Assembly: GCA_964450845.1 (NCBI GenBank)
Contig: CAYVGZ010000001.1
Coordinates: 107,076 to 171,075 of the forward strand
Length of the DNA: 64,000 nucleotides
Direction of reading: 5' to 3'
Origin: an uncultured Candidatus Bathyarchaeia archaeon
GTDB taxonomy: Archaea; Thermoproteota; Bathyarchaeia; Bathyarchaeales; Bathycorpusculaceae
The notes beneath the pieces were generated by a model. That model saw nothing but the letters and a program-made list of their open reading frames with translations. It was not told where the DNA came from and did no database searches. The position numbers and the translations under genes were made by a program. The stretch's first letter is position 1, and each line of letters opens with the position of its first letter. This document shows positions 1-9,860 of this stretch, piece after piece.

Positions 1-2
1 AT

Positions 3-293
3 CCAATATCGTCACAAGAGTTAAATGATATTATACTTACAGCATATGGTGATTTATGTTACCTATTGGGATATTCTGATTCAGATCATAATCGTTACTC
101 TGGATTGTTTGAAGCAATAGAAGAATCAGGTATAGCATACTTAGCTACCACTTCAGGTATTCCTCATCTTGGAAACGTTGATTCAAAGTATCAGCTTGGG
201 CTTAGCACAGATACTACTAGTGAGGTAATCATTAATTTTCTAAAATTTGATTATGTGTATCGAAAAGATCGTGGATATATAAGGGGAATTTAA
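3..293 (+). CDS. Hypothetical protein, 3' part of a gene starting before the window
   Basis: Frame is open from nt 3 (PISSQELNDIILTAYGDLCYLLGYSDS...) to TAA at 291-293; next gene starts at 295. Confidence 0.7.
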   Translation, partial: PISSQELNDIILTAYGDLCYLLGYSDSDHNRYSGLFEAIEESGIAYLATTSGIPHLGNVDSKYQLGLSTDTTSEVIINFLKFDYVYRKDRGYIRGI

Positions 294-294
294 A

Positions 295-1416
295 ATGAGC
301 AGACAGAAGTTACTGGCATATCCGTATATTGATGAGTTAAATTATAGAGATAAGATAGATCCCTATAAATTAAATTTAATGCTAAGGTCTATTGAAGAAT
401 CTGTTCTAAGGTCTATTCTTAGAGGATCTGAGTTAACGGACATGCTTAACAGGCTCAATCTTGGCGTTGAGACCTCGTATATGGCATTGTCCAAGCAGAT
501 GGGTACTTTGCTAAGCTATGATGCTCTTGGGCCCTCTGGTGCCTTCGCAACGGCCTTTGGTAGTGCTACAGGTGATTGTAACCAAGATAGAGTAGCAGGA
601 ATAGTAACTCTTAACTGGGATAAAGATAGGAAGTATACAAAGATTCCTCGATTTGATACTAATGATGATAATGTTCCAGACACAGTTTCGCCTGCAGTAT
701 CAGTTTATGTTAATGGAGAAAAGAGAGCTGAAGATGATCCAGTATACAATGCGTTAAATCGTAGAAACGATTCATTCTGGGTTGAACAAACTGTTTTAAC
801 GTCTGGTACAATTGAAATCCTTCTTCCACCATCTATTAACAAACTATTTAATTATATAGAGATTGCTCCATTTCCAGTATTTGGAATTGAAATAACAGAG
901 GTTGCATATATGGATAGCCATAGTGATTGGCACGTTCTTTATGATCCAGATGCCTCTGCCTATAAGTTTTATAATAATGCTGGTCCATTGGTTATGCATG
1001 TTGCTCCAAAGGAAACTAATGGCACTTTTAGAATTAAATGTAATATTGATCCAACTATTGGAGTGATTGGTTTTAGTAACATTGATATAGGCCTAATCGA
1101 TTATAAAGATGAAACACAAACAGCCTATTTAAAATTTGAGAATGCGCCACTATCCGAACTTATTCTTTCTACTGCAGAAATTGATTTCTATGTAGATGAT
1201 GTTAAGATAGATAAATATATAGTTGAGTTAGCTATTACTAATTCAACAGATGGCTCAGGTGATAGCGTTCCTATACGAGTACTAAATACTGATGTATATA
1301 GTTTTGGAACTGAAACTATAGATGCAACTAATGGGCTATGGCTTAAGGTTGTAATGAAAGAATCAAATAGAACAAGCCCTGTAATTAGGGGTTGCAAGCT
1401 AGTATATGAGGTATAA
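295..1416 (+). CDS. Hypothetical protein, possibly virion structural (beta-rich)
   Basis: 373-aa ORF, tightly packed with neighbours; function inferred only from composition and context. Confidence 0.65.
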   Translation: MSRQKLLAYPYIDELNYRDKIDPYKLNLMLRSIEESVLRSILRGSELTDMLNRLNLGVETSYMALSKQMGTLLSYDALGPSGAFATAFGSATGDCNQDRVAGIVTLNWDKDRKYTKIPRFDTNDDNVPDTVSPAVSVYVNGEKRAEDDPVYNALNRRNDSFWVEQTVLTSGTIEILLPPSINKLFNYIEIAPFPVFGIEITEVAYMDSHSDWHVLYDPDASAYKFYNNAGPLVMHVAPKETNGTFRIKCNIDPTIGVIGFSNIDIGLIDYKDETQTAYLKFENAPLSELILSTAEIDFYVDDVKIDKYIVELAITNSTDGSGDSVPIRVLNTDVYSFGTETIDATNGLWLKVVMKESNRTSPVIRGCKLVYEV

Positions 1417-1418
1417 CG

Positions 1419-1784
1419 ATGGCAACAAAAAGTAATGAACAACTTACAATCGAATTACAGCAACTAAAGACACAGGTTATAACTATACAGTCTATGCTTG
1501 CTGAGTTAAAACAGGATGTCAATTCTAGGACCAGACTATCGGATCTTTCTAGGATGTCTCAGGATCTAGATGATCAGATAAAGGGTAACTCTGAGCTTAT
1601 ATCTAATATAGAACAGAAGCTTGCTAAGATATCTCTTCCAGATGATACTAGATATTACTTAGAAGAGACAGAGGTTGCTGACTTCAGATCAAACTTCAAT
1701 AAGTTACTAGCTATGATGGCTAGTTTTGACCAACTATATAAAAACTTAGTTGCGTATTCGGTTAATAATGTAACAAATGAATAA
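1419..1784 (+). CDS. Hypothetical coiled-coil protein
   Basis: 121-aa ORF with heptad-like Leu/Ile pattern; last gene before a convergent hairpin. Confidence 0.7.
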   Translation: MATKSNEQLTIELQQLKTQVITIQSMLAELKQDVNSRTRLSDLSRMSQDLDDQIKGNSELISNIEQKLAKISLPDDTRYYLEETEVADFRSNFNKLLAMMASFDQLYKNLVAYSVNNVTNE

Positions 1785-1812
1785 AAGAAATGGCCCGAAA
1801 GGGCCCACTCTT
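1785..1812. terminator. Probable bidirectional intrinsic terminator
   Basis: Hairpin GGCCC-GAAA-GGGCC (1792-1805) between convergent genes, A-rich on the left and T-rich on the right. Confidence 0.7.
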
Positions 1813-1821
1813 ATTGTGTTA

Positions 1822-2124
1822 CTATATTTTATCTTGAATCATTTGCACTAATACAACAATAATTTTTTGTAACATATCATTATATCTATCTGGTAATATA
1901 AGCAATGTTGTATCAGCTTTTTCTAGCGGAAGCTGTTTAAACGCAGTGTCTAATAGCATTAGCTCTAGCTTAGACAGACCAGCAATAGGAAGGCCCGCCA
2001 GAGATACTCCTTCTCTCTTAGCAAGCCTTACTAATGCTTCTGTTTCTTGTATTAGAGCTTTTCTTATTCTTGACTCTGTTGCTGTTGTTGTGGAGCTCTT
2101 GGATTCGGAATGTAATACTGGCAC
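1822..2124 (-). CDS. Hypothetical protein
   Basis: 100-aa ORF in the minus-strand gene run; ends TAG TAA. Confidence 0.6.
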   Translation of the reverse strand: MPVLHSESKSSTTTATESRIRKALIQETEALVRLAKREGVSLAGLPIAGLSKLELMLLDTAFKQLPLEKADTTLLILPDRYNDMLQKIIVVLVQMIQDKI

Positions 2125-2315
2125 TCTTCTACTCCTACTGCTATTCCTATTTTTGATATTCCAATAAACGTAGGTAATACTGAACAGATTACATTGTTCT
2201 TACAATACGCACATTTACGAGGAACCATTATTTCCTCGTTGTCTCCTGTTTCCACTTCAGTCACAGCGTTATTTCTATCTAGCATATCAACAATGCTGTC
2301 CAGTGTATCATTCAT
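2064..2315 (-). CDS. Hypothetical Cys-rich (possible Zn-binding) protein
   Basis: 83 aa with CAYCKNNVIC...C motif; abuts ClpP-like gene. Confidence 0.6.
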   Translation of the reverse strand: MNDTLDSIVDMLDRNNAVTEVETGDNEEIMVPRKCAYCKNNVICSVLPTFIGISKIGIAVGVEECQYYIPNPRAPQQQQQSQE

Positions 2316-2891
2316 TTACTTTTCGTCCGATTCTTCTTGTGTGATCACGTTAAACTTGACCAACTCAGTAGGAGTAAGATATCTATTTTTCTTCAATAGA
2401 TTTTTTACTCTTGTAGGTGAAATACCTAAGCGCTTTGCTGTAAAATTAACATACATTTCGTATACTGCTTTCGCATCTTTTCTTTCTTTCATAGTATCAC
2501 TATATGAGCTTTCACCTGTAGTTGTAATATGTTCGTGTACAAATATCTTACAACTTGGGAATAGCACTCTAAGGTCTCCAATTAGGAATAAGAAGAAACC
2601 TGCAGATGCGCATTCACCTAAACCAAACGTAGAGACGTGAACGTCAAATGTATCTCTTATAAATTGTATAGCGTCTATTATAGCAAAGCAATCTTTTAGA
2701 TATCCACCTTCTGATGCTATGTAGATACTTAGATTATTTATCTTTTCCTTCTGCCAGTCTGTTTCAAATAGAGCTTTGATAACATCTCTTGAAACTTCTT
2801 CATTAATCTCTCCGATGATATATAGCTGCTTGGTCTTTATATCTCCGTCTTCGATTACCGTAGTATCTTCATTAGTTCTTTCTTCTGCCAT
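2316..2891 (-). CDS. clpP: ClpP-like protease subunit
   Basis: LYIIGEIN, IASEGG, GLGECASAG (catalytic Ser), IFVHEH (His) match the ClpP family; the Asp position reads N (KKNRYL). Confidence 0.85.
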   Translation of the reverse strand: MAEERTNEDTTVIEDGDIKTKQLYIIGEINEEVSRDVIKALFETDWQKEKINNLSIYIASEGGYLKDCFAIIDAIQFIRDTFDVHVSTFGLGECASAGFFLFLIGDLRVLFPSCKIFVHEHITTTGESSYSDTMKERKDAKAVYEMYVNFTAKRLGISPTRVKNLLKKNRYLTPTELVKFNVITQEESDEK

Positions 2892-2899
2892 AGTGCCCC

Positions 2900-3178
2900 C
2901 TATTGTTTAGCTTTTTCTTGAAACTTTTTTATTGATAGATATACATAACAACTACACTTCTTACAAACATTGTTATCTATGGCCCTTGGCCAATCCTCCT
3001 TGTCCATTATGCGGGCACAACATAATGATGAAATAGATTCATTTAAGACGGGACATTTAATCTTACCTTGAAGATCTAGTTTAACCCACTTATCGTCTTT
3101 GTTTTTAACAAACCATTCATTATAATGAATTTCTAATCTTTTATCGTATATAGATTGAACTATTGGTTTCGGATTCAT
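2900..3178 (-). CDS. Hypothetical Cys-rich protein
   Basis: 92-aa ORF with several Cys; in gene run. Confidence 0.6.
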   Translation of the reverse strand: MNPKPIVQSIYDKRLEIHYNEWFVKNKDDKWVKLDLQGKIKCPVLNESISSLCCARIMDKEDWPRAIDNNVCKKCSCYVYLSIKKFQEKAKQ

Positions 3179-3215
3179 AGATGATGCTCCTTGGAAAAAG
3201 TGTCGAAACCCATAT

Positions 3216-4364
3216 TTAATATAGCTTTATAATCTTCTCAGCGGCTTTCTGCCAGCTGAAATTTGTTGTAGCATAAGAACTTAGTTCTTCAGACTTTGTT
3301 TCATACTTAACTTTATTTTCTTCTACATATTTAATCTTGTCTGCTATATCTTGTGTATTAAATACTGACCATTCTCCTTGTTCTCCCTTAAACCATACTC
3401 CATCGTTTGCCACTTCTGTTCCAGTTGGAAATACGATAAGTTCGTTTTGAATGGCTGGAGGATTGTTTTGTGATGAAAGTTGTTCACCATGACCAAGGCA
3501 TATCGTAGATATAACAGGAAGGCCGCAGGCCATCATCTCAGTTAAAGGAAGATCCCAACCTTCTCCCCTACTACATTGTATTCCTACATTAGCAGAGTGA
3601 TATAGAGTTGGTAATTCTGGAGTCTGAAACACTGGAGCGGTGAAATATATATCAGCTTTTCCGCTAGTAAACTTATGCCATTTACCATGCCAACCAACAT
3701 ACTTAAATCCATGAGCTTGAGGATCAACACCTGTCCAGCATACAAGATTCTTAAAAGGATGTTCTTTGGTCTTATTAATAAATGGATTGAACGTATGAGC
3801 TATGAGGGCCACTTCTTTGTCGGCCATAGTAGTCATGAATGTCTTAAGAATCTCATCGGTATTCTTTCTGACCTCACGTTTGCCAGCAGTTATAAAGGTA
3901 AACTTTTTAGTATCTATGGCCTTATCACACGGAATAGTGTTAAACACGCAGTCGTCGACGCCTTCATTAACAATATGAATTGGCTTAGCTATTTCATTTT
4001 CTAATAGAAGGTTTCTATGCGCATCTGTTGTAGTTAAGACTATATCAGCTGGGCCATTGTTTAGTATCTGCTTCGAGATTGGCTTAAGCTTACTTGTCTC
4101 AAACACAGAGAAGGTTATAAGAGGTTTGCCGCTAGCTTGATAGCTATACTCATCATGAAAGATGAACAGGGAAGGATTTTTAGCATCAAACTTTAATATA
4201 TTAGCATCAGCAGCTTTCCAGTATGGTTCAAAGTATGGATCATTCTGGACCTGTCCAAGTTTTGTTAATGTCAGATCTTGGCCTAAGTCTGTCAAAGCCT
4301 TAATAAGATTGTTAGCATGTATTCCATAACCTAGTAAGTTAATTGGAGCAAATATGTTTAACAT
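3216..4364 (-). CDS. Glycosyltransferase, GT-B fold (GT4-like)
   Basis: GYGIHA start, FITAGKREVRKN, SRGEGWDLPLTEMMACGLPVI motif. Confidence 0.85.
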   Translation of the reverse strand: MLNIFAPINLLGYGIHANNLIKALTDLGQDLTLTKLGQVQNDPYFEPYWKAADANILKFDAKNPSLFIFHDEYSYQASGKPLITFSVFETSKLKPISKQILNNGPADIVLTTTDAHRNLLLENEIAKPIHIVNEGVDDCVFNTIPCDKAIDTKKFTFITAGKREVRKNTDEILKTFMTTMADKEVALIAHTFNPFINKTKEHPFKNLVCWTGVDPQAHGFKYVGWHGKWHKFTSGKADIYFTAPVFQTPELPTLYHSANVGIQCSRGEGWDLPLTEMMACGLPVISTICLGHGEQLSSQNNPPAIQNELIVFPTGTEVANDGVWFKGEQGEWSVFNTQDIADKIKYVEENKVKYETKSEELSSYATTNFSWQKAAEKIIKLY

Positions 4365-4431
4365 AGATATATCCTTATCTAAATTCGTCTGAATTGTTTC
4401 CGTTGATTTTAATTTGATTTAGTAATAATAG

Positions 4432-4908
4432 TCACACTATTTCGTTATGTTCTTCCTCAGACATTCCGATTTTCTTATAATGCCATTCACAAAACACTTT
4501 CTTAATCAGTTTAAAGTTTGGAGATCTAACTAGTTTTCTAAAGAGGTCATACTCTTTACCTTCAATATCTACTTTTAGTATAATCTCATCAGTCTGATTA
4601 AATCTATTAATATATTCTGAAAAATCTATTTCTTCAACTTCGATAAATTCGCTTGATACTGTTATTTTAGTACTTATTAATGCGTGGTCCATCGCTCCTG
4701 TAGGACATATATAGAGATTAGTTGTCCCATTTTTGTCTGAAGCAGCAGCATTATGACATATAACTCTTTTTGGTACATTGTGTTGTAGGTCTTTAAATGT
4801 TACTGGATCTGGTTCAAAAGCAATAAAGGCATCTACGTCGGCATATCGTTTAATTGCCTTGTTAATGGTATCTCCATTATAAGCACCTAAGTCTATAAAT
4901 ATCTTCAT
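4432..4908 (-). CDS. FkbM-family SAM-dependent methyltransferase (possibly truncated by TGA at 4432)
   Basis: FIDLGAYNGD, AFEPDP, LKVDIEGKE motifs; frame continues 18 codons past the TGA to TAA at 4375. Confidence 0.85.
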   Translation of the reverse strand: MKIFIDLGAYNGDTINKAIKRYADVDAFIAFEPDPVTFKDLQHNVPKRVICHNAAASDKNGTTNLYICPTGAMDHALISTKITVSSEFIEVEEIDFSEYINRFNQTDEIILKVDIEGKEYDLFRKLVRSPNFKLIKKVFCEWHYKKIGMSEEEHNEIV

Positions 4909-5083
4909 AGTCTACCTTAGTATATTATTTTAGTATATTATTTTGTTATTTAATTTCTCTTTCATATTGCTTCCATAGATCAAACATCTGCATAAATTTA
5001 GGTGCACACTTTGGGAAATCGTCTTTATAAACTGGTCTATTTACAACATTTACCCATCCACTTTTATAATGAACAATCTTTGC

Positions 5084-5704
5084 TTAATCTGGATTTGTCC
5101 AGTCATCATGGAGATTATATATTCTCCAAGGAACCTCAATTATATTTAATGTGCTCTTTTTTCTCATCATACAAAAGGTATATTGATCAGCAGCTCCGTG
5201 GCTTCTCATTATACTTTGATGTGCTATTTTGTTTTTCATAAATTGTTCTAGATATAGATACCATGAATTTGCAAAGTCCAATAGATGTTGACTCGGTCTT
5301 ACTGCTAGGAATCCTAGATTCACTGCTCCGCCACGTCCAGCAGTGCATGCTATATCGAACTCTAGGTCAAATACATCTACAGGATCTTTATTAACCAAAG
5401 TGTCTGCATCTAAAATTATTGTCGGTTCTTTTGCTTGTTTAATTATTTCTAGCCAGCTTTGCACTTTTTCTGACGAGGATTCTACTTTTCCAGTTAAAGT
5501 TGTCTTAGGTATAGATATAAAGTTGGCGTCAATTGTTTCTTTAACCTCTTTGCTTAGATCACATTCATATATATTTAATACATTTCCAGTATTCTTTTTT
5601 ACACTATATGCTAGCACTCTTAGCATGTTTGAATATAATGAGTATTTAGCTCTATAGCCTTTTGAATAGAACACACTAGTTGCTATCTTATATGAAATTG
5701 ACAT
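5084..5704 (-). CDS. Nucleotide-diphospho-sugar glycosyltransferase (GT-A), interrupted by in-frame TAA
   Basis: IILDADTLV (DxD) and NLGFLAV; frame continues past TAA 5084 as AKIVHYKSGW... for 45 aa to TAA at 4946. Confidence 0.7.
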   Translation of the reverse strand: MSISYKIATSVFYSKGYRAKYSLYSNMLRVLAYSVKKNTGNVLNIYECDLSKEVKETIDANFISIPKTTLTGKVESSSEKVQSWLEIIKQAKEPTIILDADTLVNKDPVDVFDLEFDIACTAGRGGAVNLGFLAVRPSQHLLDFANSWYLYLEQFMKNKIAHQSIMRSHGAADQYTFCMMRKKSTLNIIEVPWRIYNLHDDWTNPD

Positions 5705-6758
5705 GCGTTTCTTCTTTGTTTAATAGTTTAAGTATAAACTTGTTATGATATTCGTATAAGCAATGATAGCCACATCTAACAGTCGGATCAAATTCTCTGA
5801 ATAGCTTCTTTTTCCTATCTGAATCCCATATATCTTTTAGACCTTCATCTTTAAGGTTTCCAATTAGACCGTTTTTGTTAAAGGCTAAAGAGCAGCAAGT
5901 AAATACGGAACAGTCTCCCCCAACTACACATAGTACTTCTTTCATTCCGCAGAACTTGTACTCCTGCTTTCCTATTTTCATATTATTAATTCGTTCTGGG
6001 AGTCTGTCATGTATAGTAAAGCCACTATCTTCTAGTTCTTTTTTTGCTTCAGCTACTTTGTCTTCAGCTTTTTCTAATACACCTTCATTAAAATGAGCTA
6101 TACCTTCTGGATGAAATGTTGCGCCTATTCTTACATTATCTGCGCCGTTATCCTTTGCAAGTCTACATAGCTTAACTAGCTCGTCTTCATTTCCGTTCTC
6201 TATTACAAAACCTACGCCTAATTTAAAGTCTGGCTTTTTTGAATATTGTTTAAGTAGGGAAACAGCTTCCAACGCCTTAGCAAAGTCTGCCTTATTAGTC
6301 TTTCTTAGTTTTGAGTATGTCTCTTCTATTCCTGCATCGATTGATATTCGGGCCCAGGTTAAGTGTGGACCTATTAGCTGTGCTAGGTCAGCATCTAGCT
6401 TTACTCCATTTGTTACTAGTCCAATATCAAATCCATGTTTGATTATACGTTCAAACATTTTTATTCTATACGGATAAAGTAAAGGTTCTCCGCCACCTGT
6501 AATTTCTACAGCTTTTCCACCCATTAGCTTAAAATCATCAAGAAGCTTAATCATTATATCTTCAGGTATATAAGAGATTTTGTCAAATAGCTCTGTATTC
6601 TTGTTTTCGAATAGTCTAAAGCTACAAAATACACAGTTATGATTGCATCTGTTATCAGGCATTAAATGAAGTTGTATTGGGTATGGCTGCTCTCCATTTT
6701 TCATTGCCACCAAAAGCTCTGGGTGATATATGATCTTGTTTGTAGAGTATATACTCAT
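5688..6758 (-). CDS. Radical SAM protein with SPASM/twitch domain
   Basis: CNHNCVFC, ITGGGEPLL, LVTNG, C-terminal C...GDCSVFTCC...C..HC; likely start MSIYST at 6758. Confidence 0.9.
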   Translation of the reverse strand: MSIYSTNKIIYHPELLVAMKNGEQPYPIQLHLMPDNRCNHNCVFCSFRLFENKNTELFDKISYIPEDIMIKLLDDFKLMGGKAVEITGGGEPLLYPYRIKMFERIIKHGFDIGLVTNGVKLDADLAQLIGPHLTWARISIDAGIEETYSKLRKTNKADFAKALEAVSLLKQYSKKPDFKLGVGFVIENGNEDELVKLCRLAKDNGADNVRIGATFHPEGIAHFNEGVLEKAEDKVAEAKKELEDSGFTIHDRLPERINNMKIGKQEYKFCGMKEVLCVVGGDCSVFTCCSLAFNKNGLIGNLKDEGLKDIWDSDRKKKLFREFDPTVRCGYHCLYEYHNKFILKLLNKEETHVNFI

Positions 6759-7978
6759 CCTTTGTTGATCCTTGTATGCTGGTTTAACCACTCTTTAAAT
6801 TCTTTAGTCTCTTCGTGAAACTCTTCAATACTTCTATCCTTTAGTTTAAATATTTGTAGTAAAGGAATCTCTCCATTTGAATCAAAAAATCCATAATTAT
6901 ATAATTTTAAGTCTTTTGTTAGTATTTCTACGTTATATTTGTCAGGATTATGCCATACATCACATCCAGGTATTGGTATAAAATTCGTGCAGGCTACAAG
7001 TTTGTGAGGCACCTGAGTAAGCCAGTATCTATTCTTAGCCATTGTCTCTTTAGTTTGGCCTGGAGTTCTTATCATTAAGAGTAGTCTAGCATCTATTCCT
7101 ACTTTATCTAGCAACCATAAAGCATTAACATTATCTGCTACAGTTGTATTCTTTCGAAGAGTTTTTAGTACTATGTCATCAAAGCTTTCTATTCCAATAG
7201 CTGCTTCGCTGCATCCTGCATCCTTCGCGGCCCTTAGCATATCAATATCAAGAGGCTTAGCTCTTATATTAATTCTAAATTTTACTCCTAGTTTCCCTAT
7301 CTGATTACATAGTTCTATCATTCTAGACTTGTTGGCAGTAAACATATCATCATGAATAACTAGTTCTTTAGATTCAAACATAGATATCTCATCTAGTATA
7401 TTAGAAATAGATCTGTATCTCATTTTGTTATTTGCTAACTTGGGCGAGGCGCAGAAAGAGCAGCTAAATGGGCATCCTCTGCTTGTTATAATAGATAGAG
7501 TTGAAAAGTTAGATTTTACTAGGTGTCTTGCTGGGATTGGAATTTTATCTAAATCTGTTAGAGTAGGAGTTCTGTATATTTTTTCTAATGATCCTCTTTT
7601 AAAGTCATTAGATATAGCTTCTGCAGCTGGTTCTCCTTCTCCTTGAACCAAAGAATCAATATTCGACATGTCTATAAGTTCAGGAGTAGCCGTGCCTGGG
7701 CCTCCTAATATTATTTTAGATTCAGGAAATCTTTTTTTAATATCAGTGGCAAATCGAGAAGCTTCTGCTACTTCAAGACTAGTTATTGTAATGCCGTATA
7801 GATCTGACTTTGATAATTGACCTAATGCATTCTCGTGAGTGTCTCCAGAGAAGTTCTTAACCTCAACTTCTGCTCCTACTTTCTCAAAAGCTGCAGCCAC
7901 ATATAATAATCCGAGAGGAGCCATCATATTTGGCCTAACAAGATTAGGATGCGGTAGATATATTAGGCTTATCTTCAT
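6755..7978 (-). CDS. B12-binding radical SAM protein (class B methylase-like)
   Basis: PLGLLYVAA, IILGGPG, TSRGCPFSCSFC, DDMFT, IGIES motifs; likely start MKISLIY at 7978. Confidence 0.9.
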   Translation of the reverse strand: MKISLIYLPHPNLVRPNMMAPLGLLYVAAAFEKVGAEVEVKNFSGDTHENALGQLSKSDLYGITITSLEVAEASRFATDIKKRFPESKIILGGPGTATPELIDMSNIDSLVQGEGEPAAEAISNDFKRGSLEKIYRTPTLTDLDKIPIPARHLVKSNFSTLSIITSRGCPFSCSFCASPKLANNKMRYRSISNILDEISMFESKELVIHDDMFTANKSRMIELCNQIGKLGVKFRINIRAKPLDIDMLRAAKDAGCSEAAIGIESFDDIVLKTLRKNTTVADNVNALWLLDKVGIDARLLLMIRTPGQTKETMAKNRYWLTQVPHKLVACTNFIPIPGCDVWHNPDKYNVEILTKDLKLYNYGFFDSNGEIPLLQIFKLKDRSIEEFHEETKEFKEWLNQHTRINKG

Positions 7979-8708
7979 ATCTAAAGTCCTTTTCAATGTG
8001 CCAATTGAACCTTAAGATTGCTCCATTCCTATATTTTCCTTGAGCAAAGTCCTGTTGCTTTTTCATTACCTTTTGAAGATTAGTATGAGCGGTACTAAGC
8101 TTGTAGCTATGGTCACCAGTTTCATATTCTTTATATTCAATTATTTTCATTGGAGTCCAGATGAACTGGTATCCTAAGATCTTCATCATTGAATTCTTTT
8201 CTGGTCGCGTGGGATCTCCGACTGTCATAACTTCATCATGGCCATATGCTCCAGCTAGGTCTTCATCATAACCACCAGTCTTCCAGAAATCTTCTTTATG
8301 TATGATAAAAATGTTTGATGTATTCTTTCCTCTTAGCGATCCATCTGGTTTATGTCTTTGAAATAGGTATACTTTAGTTCTTATTTTTGGCCAGGTAATT
8401 AGCTTCTCAAAATTTTCAGGTACGTGGTCAATATCTGAAGAAAAAATCCAATCATTATCAGCTATGGCAAAGCCTAGATTTTTGGCTCCTGATGTATTCC
8501 AGTAAATATCTGTATCAATCCGCGCTATCGTTAAGTTTATTGGGAAGTCTGGTTTTAGAAAATTCTTTACTGGTAAAGGAGAACAATCATCCACAACTAT
8601 AAATCTTAGTTGTTTTCTAACTTCATCTGGAATGTTCTTCCAAGTATTTAGATGAATATCCATATTTTCTTTTGGGGTATTGTACGATATATATAATATA
8701 TTTAGCAT
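7944..8708 (-). CDS. Glycosyltransferase, GT-A fold (GT2/GT7-like)
   Basis: FIVVDDCS, AKNLG, SSDIDH, FWKTGGYDEDL..YGHDE. Confidence 0.8.
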   Translation of the reverse strand: MLNILYISYNTPKENMDIHLNTWKNIPDEVRKQLRFIVVDDCSPLPVKNFLKPDFPINLTIARIDTDIYWNTSGAKNLGFAIADNDWIFSSDIDHVPENFEKLITWPKIRTKVYLFQRHKPDGSLRGKNTSNIFIIHKEDFWKTGGYDEDLAGAYGHDEVMTVGDPTRPEKNSMMKILGYQFIWTPMKIIEYKEYETGDHSYKLSTAHTNLQKVMKKQQDFAQGKYRNGAILRFNWHIEKDFRYEDKPNISTAS

Positions 8709-9217
8709 TATTTTATCCTAAGCATTACTAGTCGTTCAGTTAACCCTACTATTTTGTACCATTTAAGTACATCCCAATAGTGGGGTCGGTCCCAGTCATG
8801 AATAAATACTATAGCATTTTGGTTAAGATATTGTCTTACTTCTTCTGCGCACCATGTTCGAGCTCTTCCATCTATTAAAACTTTGTCATAAGTACGATTA
8901 ATTTTATGTACTTCTGTTATATACGATTCAAATTCTTCTCTCTTAACATTTGGAAAGCTTCTAGGTTTATCTGATAGAACTAGTCTATAATCATAATCTA
9001 GTCCTGGTTTTCTATTTAGTTTTAATTCATCGGATACTTTCTTGTACCACTCGCTATCGTGCTCTATACTTACCAGGACTTTTACAATTTTTGCTGCTTC
9101 AATAGTTGATCCGCCACTTCCCCATTCAAGATAACTGTCGTCTTGATTTAGATGGGAAAGCAGTAACGCTTTTTCTTTTTCAGTCATCCATACGTTAAGG
9201 GAGTTTGTGTGGTCCAT
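8708..9217 (-). CDS. Class I SAM-dependent methyltransferase
   Basis: YLEWGSGGST, SIEHDSEW, LIDGRAR, FIHDW. Confidence 0.8.
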   Translation of the reverse strand: MDHTNSLNVWMTEKEKALLLSHLNQDDSYLEWGSGGSTIEAAKIVKVLVSIEHDSEWYKKVSDELKLNRKPGLDYDYRLVLSDKPRSFPNVKREEFESYITEVHKINRTYDKVLIDGRARTWCAEEVRQYLNQNAIVFIHDWDRPHYWDVLKWYKIVGLTERLVMLRIK

Positions 9218-9860
9218 AGATAAAAGTTCTTCCTCGTTCCTCTTTAGTTATTAGCTGGTATTTATTAAACTTGGTTTTCCATACAGAGTAACCAAAACTT
9301 ATTTGGTCTCTATGACATCCATTCAAAACTTCATTCCACCAGAAGCCTAGCATGTTGTTTAAGCTTTCAGAATTTGTTTTTCTTATCTGAGTATTAGCGG
9401 CTATGATATGTACTTCATCTCTATATCCATCCAAAGAATATCTTTTAAATTGCTCTAGCATCTTATGTATGTCAGCTTTACCTTGTCTAGCAATTTCTCT
9501 TATTTCAGGAAGAGTTAATCCTCCTTCTCGTGGATGCTTTATAAAGATAGCATGCGTGTCTACATCATTTATAGTTTCACATAGTTCGAATAGATTATCC
9601 CAAACGATTTTCTTTATACAACCATCTACATAAACATTGATATCACAAGAGTCATCAACTAGCCATGGCTGAAGTTTGTATAATCTATTTGATTTTGATA
9701 GTTCCGATTTTGATAGTCCTAATGGCTTTACGATTCTATTGTCCCATCCATCATATTCTTTATCGGAAACACATATTGCTTTTACGTTTTCTGGTAAAGG
9801 TCTTAGGTCTCCAGGGATGTCATATGCCCCAAAGACACTTGTATAGATAGTAATTTTCAT
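9195..9860 (-). CDS. DUF616-like glycosyltransferase domain protein
   Basis: IYTSVFGAYD, NRLYKLQP, YVDG, HPR, RDQISF motifs. Confidence 0.75.
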   Translation of the reverse strand: MKITIYTSVFGAYDIPGDLRPLPENVKAICVSDKEYDGWDNRIVKPLGLSKSELSKSNRLYKLQPWLVDDSCDINVYVDGCIKKIVWDNLFELCETINDVDTHAIFIKHPREGGLTLPEIREIARQGKADIHKMLEQFKRYSLDGYRDEVHIIAANTQIRKTNSESLNNMLGFWWNEVLNGCHRDQISFGYSVWKTKFNKYQLITKEERGRTFIYGPHKLP

